IMG/VR virus record: IMGVR_UViG_3300024284_000007
Coordinates: 23,380-87,379 of that record
DNA from: a virus
Taxonomy: Duplodnaviria > Caudoviricetes
Strand: one strand, 5' to 3'
DNA: 64,000 bases
In this document: one piece after another, positions 34,322-42,357 of the stretch
Numbering within the stretch: the first letter of the stretch is position 1
Layout: the number at the start of each line of letters is the position of its first letter
Position numbers and translations under genes: made by a program
The notes under the pieces: generated by a model
Told to the model about the DNA's origin: nothing
The model's input: only the letters and a program-made list of their open reading frames with translations
Databases searched by the model: none

Positions 34322-35282
34322 TCGCGCGATACCACGATCCGGTGCGGGTGACGCCTTCCTCGAAAGTCACCTTAGGACCGGTCCAGCCCAGCGCGGTGAT
34401 CTTCGAGATGTCCGGGCACCTTCTCGGCGGGCTTCCCTGCGGGAGTTTCCCGGGAATGACCTTGATTTCCCGGTCGTAACACCACCAGGCTACCTCGCGG
34501 GCTACTCCGGAAATGGTGCGCTCTTCCAGCGTGCCCATGTGGTAGACGTTCATGTGCTCACCCGCGTCAAGCAGGATGATGAACTGGTCTACGCAGTCAT
34601 CGATATAGCAGAAGCTGCGGGTTTCCTCCCCGGAGCCCTGGATCGGGAAGGGAATGGCTCCCTCATGATCCTGGACCAGGGAGTTCATCCGGATGCAGAA
34701 TTCCGGGATGACGTGTTCCCTGCCCATGTCGGGACCGTAGATGTTATGCGGTCTCGTGATGATAAGCCTGTCGAGAATGCCTGTTCTCGCCCAGGCGAGG
34801 GACATGATCTCGCAGGCGATCTTCCCTCCGCCGTAGGAATAGCGGGGGTTGAGGACATCCGGAACTACGAGCGGGATGTCTTCCGGCGTGGGCACTTGCG
34901 GTGCCACCTGGTACGCCTCCGAGGAGGAAACCAGGAGGAGTTCGCTGCACCCCGTCGCCTCGCAGGAGGCAAGGACATTAAGCATCCCCCGCATCGCCAC
35001 GTCGAGCACCTGCCGGGGCTCGGCGTAGAAGGTCTGCGTTCCCTGGAGATAAGCCAAATGCACGACGGAATCGCATCCGTGCATCGCGGCACGGACATTC
35101 TTCTCGTCGCGGATATCACCCTGGAAGATAGTGCACGGAACGCCCTTGAGGCGGTCCGCCTGCCCTCTGGACATGTCATCGAGGACATTGACCTCGCTCC
35201 CGAGGGAAACGAGCTTCTTCACGAGATTGCTCCCGATGAAACCCGCTCCCCCGGTCACGAGATATTTCCTGCCGTTTCCCAT
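34314..35282 (-). CDS. NAD-dependent NDP-sugar epimerase/dehydratase (SDR)
   Basis: VTGGAGFIGS, SSSEAY, YGGGK, RPHNIYGP. Confidence 0.9.
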   Translation of the reverse strand: MGNGRKYLVTGGAGFIGSNLVKKLVSLGSEVNVLDDMSRGQADRLKGVPCTIFQGDIRDEKNVRAAMHGCDSVVHLAYLQGTQTFYAEPRQVLDVAMRGMLNVLASCEATGCSELLLVSSSEAYQVAPQVPTPEDIPLVVPDVLNPRYSYGGGKIACEIMSLAWARTGILDRLIITRPHNIYGPDMGREHVIPEFCIRMNSLVQDHEGAIPFPIQGSGEETRSFCYIDDCVDQFIILLDAGEHMNVYHMGTLEERTISGVAREVAWWCYDREIKVIPGKLPQGSPPRRCPDISKITALGWTGPKVTFEEGVTRTGSWYRANG

Positions 35283-35301
35283 GAGGAAATGGTAGCAGAA
35301 A

Positions 35302-35811
35302 CTAAACCACGCCTGCGGTAACCCGCAGGGAGCCCTGCTGCACGACGGCAGTGGAAACGGTAACGCTCGCCGCGTGGTCATACAGCAATCCGGTGGAGAC
35401 GGTGACAGCAGTCGCGGTAGTGCCCGCGACGACCGCCAGTTCCTGTCCCTTGCCGGTATTGCCGATGATCAGCGTGGTCCCGGCTGGCATTCCCGAGGTG
35501 GTGCCCAGGGTAAAGGAAGTGGCGCCAGCGGAGAGGGCTACTGCGGTCAGGGTATTGCTGACCGTTCCCGGGACAACGTTAGAGCACGCGTAAAGGGTGC
35601 TCGCGGCGTTCTGGAATTCAACCGGGCGATTGCCCGGGTAAATCGGGAACCCGTTATATGGCGAGACGTTGCTCTGTCCCACCCAGACGACGTTAGAGCC
35701 CAGGTTGAAGAAGCGCACCGTAGACGGCGCGTTCGGCGTCGGGGTGAAAACCCAGTTGGGGATCGTAGTGGGGTTGACCACCTGATCGACCCCTGCACCG
35801 AGGTTAGGCAT
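35302..35811 (-). CDS. Thr-rich putative capsid decoration protein
   Basis: Beta-rich; VWVGQSNVSPYNGFPIYPG resembles the paralog motif. Confidence 0.65.
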   Translation of the reverse strand: MPNLGAGVDQVVNPTTIPNWVFTPTPNAPSTVRFFNLGSNVVWVGQSNVSPYNGFPIYPGNRPVEFQNAASTLYACSNVVPGTVSNTLTAVALSAGATSFTLGTTSGMPAGTTLIIGNTGKGQELAVVAGTTATAVTVSTGLLYDHAASVTVSTAVVQQGSLRVTAGVV

Positions 35812-35820
35812 GTCGGCTCC

Positions 35821-36135
35821 TTAGATGACGGAAACGACGCTGCCCTGCCCGACGACGAGGGTTGCCGCCGAGACGCAGGTTGCGTAGATCTGGGTGCTGG
35901 CAGCCAGTGGTCCCTGGAGGAGCATTGACTGACCGGCGGGGATCCCGAAAGCAACCGAAGGCGTGGGCGCGGACGCGGTTGCCACGAAGATCGTGAACGC
36001 GGTGCCGGTGCTCGTGTTGGCGTTGGTCAGGATCAGGTCGCGGAACCCGGTATTAGTGCTGGGCACCGAATAGCAGGTCGTCGTTCCGCCTGCTGCAATC
36101 GTGGCAGTAGTCAGCGGAGTCGCTGCAAGAGGCAC
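35821..36135 (-). CDS. Thr/Ala-rich putative capsid decoration protein
   Basis: Immediately downstream of the major capsid gene. Confidence 0.65.
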   Translation of the reverse strand: MPLAATPLTTATIAAGGTTTCYSVPSTNTGFRDLILTNANTSTGTAFTIFVATASAPTPSVAFGIPAGQSMLLQGPLAASTQIYATCVSAATLVVGQGSVVSVI

Positions 36136-36204
36136 ACTTTCTCCTTTTTGATTGTGCCCTGTACCAGTCCCGGAGAATCAGCTTCTCCGGGACTGGTAAG
36201 TTGC

Positions 36205-38187
36205 TTAGCTGAAAGGCGTAACGTCGCTTACCTGCAGTCCCTGCAGGATTCCGCTGTAGAATGGCGCGTGCGCCACCAGGGAACCGAGCAGGAAAATGGA
36301 GTAGCGGAAGGTGGCGTCGATTACAGGCCAAGCTACTGAACAGTAGTCCTGTACGACGGTCATTTCCCAGGCATTATCGACCTGGCTCCAGGTCTGCGGC
36401 AGCTGATAAGACATCAGCAGCGCAGTTCCCTGGCTCATCCACGGGTGGACCGTGAGCTTGACGGTGGACCTGGTAACCGGGTTCACGAATTCGGCGACTG
36501 CCGCTCCCGCGCGGATCCCGGAAATCTGGTCCTGGGAGATGTTGAGCAGGTAGTTGAGGCTGTTTCCCTGCAGCAGCATGTCATTTGCCAGCCGCATGAG
36601 GTCACCGCCGTCAGCGACGATCTCAGACGGGTCAGCCTTGTAGACGCCAGGGCTGACGTTGTTCATGCCGTTGTTCTCCCACATTGCATCCAATGCGGTG
36701 AAGATGGCATTCGTGGAAAGGTGAGTTCCCACGCTGGAGTTGACGTAGCCGCCCTTCCAGACATTGCTCGACCCGCCGAACCCGACATTGCTGTAAGGTC
36801 CGCTTCCCGTTGCGGAAAGACCGGTCAGGGTGGGGATGAGGCCTTCCATCCGGTTGGAGCTTCCCGTTCCGGTGTCAACGGTGGTCGGGTTGCAGTTCGT
36901 GGTGCTCGAACCGGGTCCCGAGGCGTTGGTGCTCGTGGCGACCGGACCCTGTACGGTGAACCGCAGCCCGCCGATGGAGTTCGCGGTCTGGGTGCCCTGG
37001 TACGTGGTGGTACCAGCCGCGCCGGAGCCGTTCTGCACAGAGGTGCCAGCCTGCAGGAAATAGGTTCCCGCGTTAGTGGTCATGTACAGGTTGTACTGCT
37101 GGGCTCCTGCAACTGGCGCAATCGTGACATCCACGACCTGCCCGGCGGAAATGGCGACGGCGCTGCCGATTGCCGCAGAGGCAATGGACTCGCCGAAGTA
37201 ATTCAGCGCGGACACCTTGAAGTTGACGTTCGTGGTGAACCCGGTGATGGCGGTCTCGTTGGAACCGGCGGTCCGGGCAGTTGCGGTAACTGCTGCCGGG
37301 GTTGCCAGGTTCTGCGAGGAACCGGCAATCATCTGGTATTCCTCGCCGAGCATCATCTCCTGGAGAAGGACCAGGTTCGCCAGCGCGGAAATGTCCTCGA
37401 ATCCCTGGGATTCGAACTGGGCAAGCCACGAGAGCGACTCACTCAACCCGAAGAAACGATAAGGGACATTGAGCTTGTACTCGGTCTGAGTCCCGGTCTT
37501 GGGGATATTCAGCGGCCAGGTGGCGGTGGTCGTCAGCTGACCTCCGGAAGTGACGAGTTCCGGGATGGAAATGTCGATGACGCCCTGTCCGCCGGTCTGG
37601 GAACCGCTGATCCCGAGCAGCCCGTAAACCTGCCGCGAGGAACCCTGTCCCGCAGGGCGCGGGAACTTATTGCGGAAGAGGGTGTAAACCGGGTAAATGA
37701 GACGGCTCGGTGCCAGCAGGTCAAACGGGACCAGCCCGTAGGGGACTCCGGCGGTGCCCATGTTCGTGGCAGTGAAAGACTTCTGCAGCTGCGCGGTCAT
37801 GGACTTGCGCATCAGGGAGTCGCGCGACGCCATCGAGTGGATGCCCGCGTACTGCGGGATGGAGCGGGTGGCAGCCCAGAAGTCAGGGGAAATGCGCCCC
37901 ATGGCATTCTCGGTCTCCCAGGCACCTTCGTAGGTGGCTGCCCGGACATCGAGAATAGCCTGGTGGCTCTTCGTCATGATGTCGCGGTTGTGAGTTGCCT
38001 CAGTCAGGGGAGCGCCGTTGTTAGTCACATGACCGACGCCCTTGACGAGGCTCTTGGCGAGGGACGTCGCAGTCGCCTCGTAGTTAGACCGGCGCGCTAC
38101 GCGCTCGGCGAAGGCATTTGCCCCGCCGAGGGAGGCATTCCCCATGGAAGGGGCTGCGATTCCCTCATCGGTGACGATATCCGCCAC
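36205..38187 (-). CDS. Major capsid protein with an internal FN3/Ig-like insertion
   Basis: Follows the scaffold; PFDLLAPSRLIYP, RNKFPR, EEYQMIAG; beta-rich insert VSALNYFGES...YNLY. Confidence 0.85.
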   Translation of the reverse strand: MADIVTDEGIAAPSMGNASLGGANAFAERVARRSNYEATATSLAKSLVKGVGHVTNNGAPLTEATHNRDIMTKSHQAILDVRAATYEGAWETENAMGRISPDFWAATRSIPQYAGIHSMASRDSLMRKSMTAQLQKSFTATNMGTAGVPYGLVPFDLLAPSRLIYPVYTLFRNKFPRPAGQGSSRQVYGLLGISGSQTGGQGVIDISIPELVTSGGQLTTTATWPLNIPKTGTQTEYKLNVPYRFFGLSESLSWLAQFESQGFEDISALANLVLLQEMMLGEEYQMIAGSSQNLATPAAVTATARTAGSNETAITGFTTNVNFKVSALNYFGESIASAAIGSAVAISAGQVVDVTIAPVAGAQQYNLYMTTNAGTYFLQAGTSVQNGSGAAGTTTYQGTQTANSIGGLRFTVQGPVATSTNASGPGSSTTNCNPTTVDTGTGSSNRMEGLIPTLTGLSATGSGPYSNVGFGGSSNVWKGGYVNSSVGTHLSTNAIFTALDAMWENNGMNNVSPGVYKADPSEIVADGGDLMRLANDMLLQGNSLNYLLNISQDQISGIRAGAAVAEFVNPVTRSTVKLTVHPWMSQGTALLMSYQLPQTWSQVDNAWEMTVVQDYCSVAWPVIDATFRYSIFLLGSLVAHAPFYSGILQGLQVSDVTPFS

Positions 38188-38213
38188 AGTATCTCCTTAG
38201 AATCGGAGCGAAA

Positions 38214-40976
38214 TTACTCAGTGAATCCGTACTTATCGAGTTCCGCCCGCGCAGCTTCCCGCTCGAAGGGGTTCTCGGAAGTGCGCCAGGTACGGTATGC
38301 CTGGCGCATGTGCGCTACCTGAGTACGCTCCGCGTTCTCAGCTACTGTCGTGACACCCGCCGGGCGCACGTTCTTATTCAGCGCAAGACCTGCCCAGGAG
38401 GCGGTCTTGGGGTCGGGGAGATCAGCAGCGGCCTCCCAGCGAGCTTCCTGCTCGCTGATGGTCTTGTCCTGCTTCTCGATCTTCTCCAGCAGCGGCGCAA
38501 TCGCGTCCGCTACCGCGTTCTTGATGACCTCAGGGTCAATTCCGTCCTTGGCGACCTCGGGCTCGGCACCCTTGATCGCAGGCGGCAGGAAGGTAACCTT
38601 GCCTGCATACTGCGGGTCGGCAGCCAGCTTCTCGATAGCCGCCTGAGCCGCCTTGGCGATATCCGCATCCGGGGCATTCAGCGGCTTGAGTCCCAGCTGC
38701 GCCCGCGCCTCATCGACGGACATGATGCCCTTCTCGACGGCATCTGCGAGGAACTGCTGCTGCTTCTGCGCACGCATCCTGCCGAGCTTGGAGCGTGCCT
38801 CATCGACGGTGAGCTTGCCGCTGAGGACCTTCTTGGCGAGCTTCTTGCGCATGCCCTTCTCGATGGACTCGTCGGAGAACTCTCCGCTCAGGGCGGCAGC
38901 CATCTCCTTCTCCGCGACCGGCTCCGGCTTGGCGTCTTCCGCCTTGCCCGCGATCGGGGGGACCGGCGGCTTCTGGTCGATGCGGTAGGCGTCCTGCTCG
39001 ATCATGGGGCAGCCCTGCGGGAACTGGTGCTGCAGGTGGTCGTGCATCATAACCAGTGCCCGGCGGGCGTTGTCCTTCTCCATGTGCGCGTAGGTCAAAG
39101 AAGTCGGCATGCCGGTCTCGGACGGGTACTGCCCGCCGCTCTTCATGAACGAGGGGCTCGGGGACTGGTGCCCGGCGCTGAGCGGGGGACGCCCGAAGGA
39201 GCCTGCGCTGGGGGGGGTGTCCGGGATGGTGGCGGACGTGTTCGGGCTGCCGTAGCCGGGGGAGTTCGCGGCGTGACCTCCCGTGATGACCGGGCGCTTG
39301 AACTTGCCGGGAGACATCATGCCCGGGGTCGGGTAGCTGGTCGGACCGGGGTTCGCGTCCCGGAACGCCTTGTGCAGCTCCAGCCTGAAATCGTTGAGGT
39401 CAGCGGCGTTAGCGTTCTTCAGCGTCTGCACCGCCTGCCAGACCCGGGTCATGAGCATGGCGTTCTCGACGGGACCGCTCGCCGCGTCCACTGCCTTGCG
39501 CATCCACAGGTCCTCATCGAGGAGAGTGGCGAAGTCCGCGAAGGGGTGGTACTTGGCTACCTCGTCCGGGTGGAACGCGGCGCAGCTCAGATCGTGGAGC
39601 CTGCCCAGGTCCGCGTCCATGCCGATGTGCTTGAAGCGCAGCAGCGCGGCGCTCTCCGGGGACATGCCCGCACCCTTGTGGTCGGGGGTGTCCCGCCCGG
39701 CGGGCATCGGGGAGTTCTGGTAGACGCTGGGGTTCGGCATCTCGTCCATGGACGCGGCATCAGAAGCGCCGGAAGCGGACTGCGGAGTACCTGACGGCAT
39801 GCACTTCTCGGAATGCGCGTGGTCGAGCTTGCAGGACTCGGGAACTGCCGACTTGTCATCGGCGTCACCATCGTCTTTGCTGCCCTTGCCGTCGTCGTCG
39901 GACATCCACGGGGGCATCTTCTTGCCCTTCTTCTTGGATGCCTTCTTCGCCTCGGGCTCGGAATCCTTCTCCGGGTCCTTGGTCACGTCCGGGGAAGCCT
40001 CCTTGGGGGTGACATCTTCCGCCCCGTCCAGCTTGTCATTGTCGGTATCGGAGAGGGGATTTGCCACACCCAGTTCCTTTGCCCTTCTGGCAATAAGCGC
40101 TCGTGCGCCTTCTGCATTGCCGTGACCGGTGGATGCCAGGTGTGCTGCATTCTGCAGGTCCCCTGCATTCGCGATTGGATAAGAGCCATCGCTGAGCGCA
40201 TGACCCTGGCTTGCGAGACTGCGGCGCTCCGCCGTGGTGACATCGCGCTTGTACACTTCGGCTTCGGCGTCATAAAGCGCCTTTGCCGCAAGTTCCTCGT
40301 AGTGACCCTCGATGATCTTGGACTTCAGGATCTTCGCCAGGTCGTTGGGAGTGAACGTGAGAGACATATCCTCAGCCAGAGCAGGCTCATCGTGGTAATT
40401 CACCTTGATGACATCAGCGTCGGTGAACTTGGCGATGACATCGGAATCCCCGAAGACCTTCCCGGTAAATTCTGGAGAACCGTCATCAGCGGACTTGACC
40501 AGCTGGATGCCGCAGGACTTGTTCGCGGGGCGGTCCACCAGGGAGATCTCCACGATCTGCCCTCCGGTGATGATGCCGCCGCGCGCCTTGCCGGTGACGT
40601 CCCTCTCGATGGTGGGACGGGCAATGCCCACGGAATAGGCGCGGAGGGCTCCCTTGGAGACCAGCTTCTGCGCTACCGGCTCGATGACCAGTGACTTCAC
40701 CCAGGTAGCTCCGCTGGCATCAGTTTCAGCACTGACGCCGATCCCTGCTGGGTCACGCTGAGCATTGTGCTGGACGCGGACATTCCCGCCGGTCGCCAGC
40801 CATTCCCCGATCGCCTTGGAACTGAAGTCCGGGTGGACGATCTGCTGATCGGCATCGACCGTGCCGTCAGTCGCCTTACCGTAGACGAGGATATCCCCGT
40901 CAGGGGTTGTCTCCGTCTTGTCGATAGGGAAACTGAGGTAGGTCAGCTGTCCGGTGTCGGTGAGCGTGGCTGCCAC
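38214..40976 (-). CDS. Prohead protease-scaffold fusion
   Basis: N-terminal VYGKAT..D.DQQIV, VRVQH, YSVGI, EISLVDRPAN; acidic and helical C-terminus. Confidence 0.85.
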   Translation of the reverse strand: MAATLTDTGQLTYLSFPIDKTETTPDGDILVYGKATDGTVDADQQIVHPDFSSKAIGEWLATGGNVRVQHNAQRDPAGIGVSAETDASGATWVKSLVIEPVAQKLVSKGALRAYSVGIARPTIERDVTGKARGGIITGGQIVEISLVDRPANKSCGIQLVKSADDGSPEFTGKVFGDSDVIAKFTDADVIKVNYHDEPALAEDMSLTFTPNDLAKILKSKIIEGHYEELAAKALYDAEAEVYKRDVTTAERRSLASQGHALSDGSYPIANAGDLQNAAHLASTGHGNAEGARALIARRAKELGVANPLSDTDNDKLDGAEDVTPKEASPDVTKDPEKDSEPEAKKASKKKGKKMPPWMSDDDGKGSKDDGDADDKSAVPESCKLDHAHSEKCMPSGTPQSASGASDAASMDEMPNPSVYQNSPMPAGRDTPDHKGAGMSPESAALLRFKHIGMDADLGRLHDLSCAAFHPDEVAKYHPFADFATLLDEDLWMRKAVDAASGPVENAMLMTRVWQAVQTLKNANAADLNDFRLELHKAFRDANPGPTSYPTPGMMSPGKFKRPVITGGHAANSPGYGSPNTSATIPDTPPSAGSFGRPPLSAGHQSPSPSFMKSGGQYPSETGMPTSLTYAHMEKDNARRALVMMHDHLQHQFPQGCPMIEQDAYRIDQKPPVPPIAGKAEDAKPEPVAEKEMAAALSGEFSDESIEKGMRKKLAKKVLSGKLTVDEARSKLGRMRAQKQQQFLADAVEKGIMSVDEARAQLGLKPLNAPDADIAKAAQAAIEKLAADPQYAGKVTFLPPAIKGAEPEVAKDGIDPEVIKNAVADAIAPLLEKIEKQDKTISEQEARWEAAADLPDPKTASWAGLALNKNVRPAGVTTVAENAERTQVAHMRQAYRTWRTSENPFEREAARAELDKYGFTE

Positions 40977-40999
40977 ATGACTCCTTGATCTCAGGGCAT

Positions 41000-41022
41000 A
41001 AAAAAAGCCCCGGGAAGGGGCT
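41000..41022 (-). terminator. Intrinsic terminator just upstream of the protease gene
   Basis: AGCCCC-TTCCC-GGGGCT-TTTTTT. Confidence 0.7.
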
Positions 41023-41056
41023 GGAGGGAAAGCAGCGAAAGTTATACCACGCTGCG

Positions 41057-41086
41057 ATTTTAAACCATTACCGCAGGAAATGTCAA
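41057..41086 (-). promoter_or_regulatory. SigA-type promoter
   Basis: TTGACA-18 nt-TAAAAT; spacer contains CTGCGGTA. Confidence 0.65.
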
Positions 41087-41087
41087 A

Positions 41088-41258
41088 TTACCTGCGGTTA
41101 AGCCTGCGGGAAACCCATCTGTCTTTCACGACCATCACGTAACCGGCGTCAGTAAAGACGATCCCGTGGCGCAGCCTCGGGTTGATCCCGGCTTTCTCGC
41201 AGGCATTCAGCGCCACCGCGAGATCATGGAGAAGGAGCCTTTTCCGCTTCTTACTGAT
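41088..41258 (-). CDS. 56-aa basic ORF with an apparent ATC start
   Basis: AAGGAG-7 nt-ATC AGT AAG AAG..., overlapping the upstream stop; GC3-biased. Confidence 0.35.
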   Translation of the reverse strand: MSKKRKRLLLHDLAVALNACEKAGINPRLRHGIVFTDAGYVMVVKDRWVSRRLNRR

Positions 41259-41558
41259 GGTGGGACTCCTTCAGCCTCTCCCATTCGGCGAGGGCGGCGC
41301 GCGAGGCCGCGATCACCTCGGGGTGGACTTTCCCCTTGCCTTTCGCCCATCGCCGGGTGGCATTGACCGCCGTGGCGATGGCAGCGGACTCGCTCATCCC
41401 GTTCCGCATGAGGGCATGCGCGATGTTTTCGATGTTAAGTAGCTCGGAAGCTTCTGCTTCTCTGGAACCTTCTTGGATGGCGTATGCCACAATCCGTGCG
41501 TTCCAAGAGGATTGGGCGTTGACGCCAGTTCTGGAGTCTTAGCTGACTTTCCGACCAT
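41251..41558 (-). CDS. Capsid-morphogenesis-associated small protein; frame interrupted by a 5-nt insert TTAAC (41434-41438)
   Basis: GGAGGT RBS and ATG41558 give ...PLGTHGLWHTP...KLPSY; the second frame continues IENIAHALMRNG...AIATAVNATRRWAKG...AEWERLK. Confidence 0.7.
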
Positions 41559-41594
41559 TTTACATCACCTCCATTCCCCTGCTACATTAGATCT

Positions 41595-42263
41595 ATGGAA
41601 TCTAACAAGGAATGCAGTCTTCCCGAATGCCGGAGGAAGCATGTCGCCCGAGGATACTGCAAACTTCACTACAGGCGTTTCATGGATCATGGTGATCCAC
41701 TTGTTGGCGGTCCAGCGCCCGAGAGTATTGACTTCGAGGGGAAGCGCACTTGCACACGATGCAAGGAGACAAAACTCATCGAAGAATTTGGGTCCGATCC
41801 TCGCTATCGAACCAGCCATAAGCGTATCTGCATCAAATGCATGAGTAAGACCACGATTGCGTGGCATCACGCGAACAAGGAGCGCAGTCTCAAGAACCAG
41901 AGAATCGCTCGCGTACGTCGTATCTTCGGCGAGGATGGCTTGAAGATCGAAGAGCGACGACGAGCCGGTGAAGGATGTGACATCTGCGGCAACCGGACTG
42001 TCCGCATGTCTATCGATCATTGCCATGAGACCGAACAGGTTCGCGGGCTTCTTTGCAAAGACTGCAATCTCATCCTCGGCTGGGTTAAGGATGATCCAGA
42101 CCGACTTCGGCTGATGGCGGACTATCTAGACCACTTCGCTTCTTCCAGAGTCGGTATTCAGCCTCATGTCGCATCACCTGCCGACTTCCATCCTTCAAGG
42201 GGATTTTCTGCTCAAGAAGATCTCGAAGTTTACGAAGTGCGCCATCATAGTCATCATGATTGA
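41595..42263 (+). CDS. Endonuclease VII-family nuclease with extra Zn fingers, antisense
   Basis: CSLPEC...GYCKLHY, CTRCKETK, CDICG...IDHCHET...VRGLLCKDCNLILG. Confidence 0.88.
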   Translation: MESNKECSLPECRRKHVARGYCKLHYRRFMDHGDPLVGGPAPESIDFEGKRTCTRCKETKLIEEFGSDPRYRTSHKRICIKCMSKTTIAWHHANKERSLKNQRIARVRRIFGEDGLKIEERRRAGEGCDICGNRTVRMSIDHCHETEQVRGLLCKDCNLILGWVKDDPDRLRLMADYLDHFASSRVGIQPHVASPADFHPSRGFSAQEDLEVYEVRHHSHHD

Positions 42264-42357
42264 TGTACGCCCAGAGACTGGCAAGCCCCCATCCTGTCCG
42301 TTCGGAAATAATATCCGCTTCGCGGATCAGGTAATACCAGTCAAGGTGCCGCTTCAC
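42085..42357 (-). CDS. Hypothetical protein
   Basis: ATGA-type overlap with the portal stop. Confidence 0.5.
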   Translation of the reverse strand: MKRHLDWYYLIREADIISERTGWGLASLWAYINHDDYDGALRKLRDLLEQKIPLKDGSRQVMRHEAEYRLWKKRSGLDSPPSAEVGLDHP

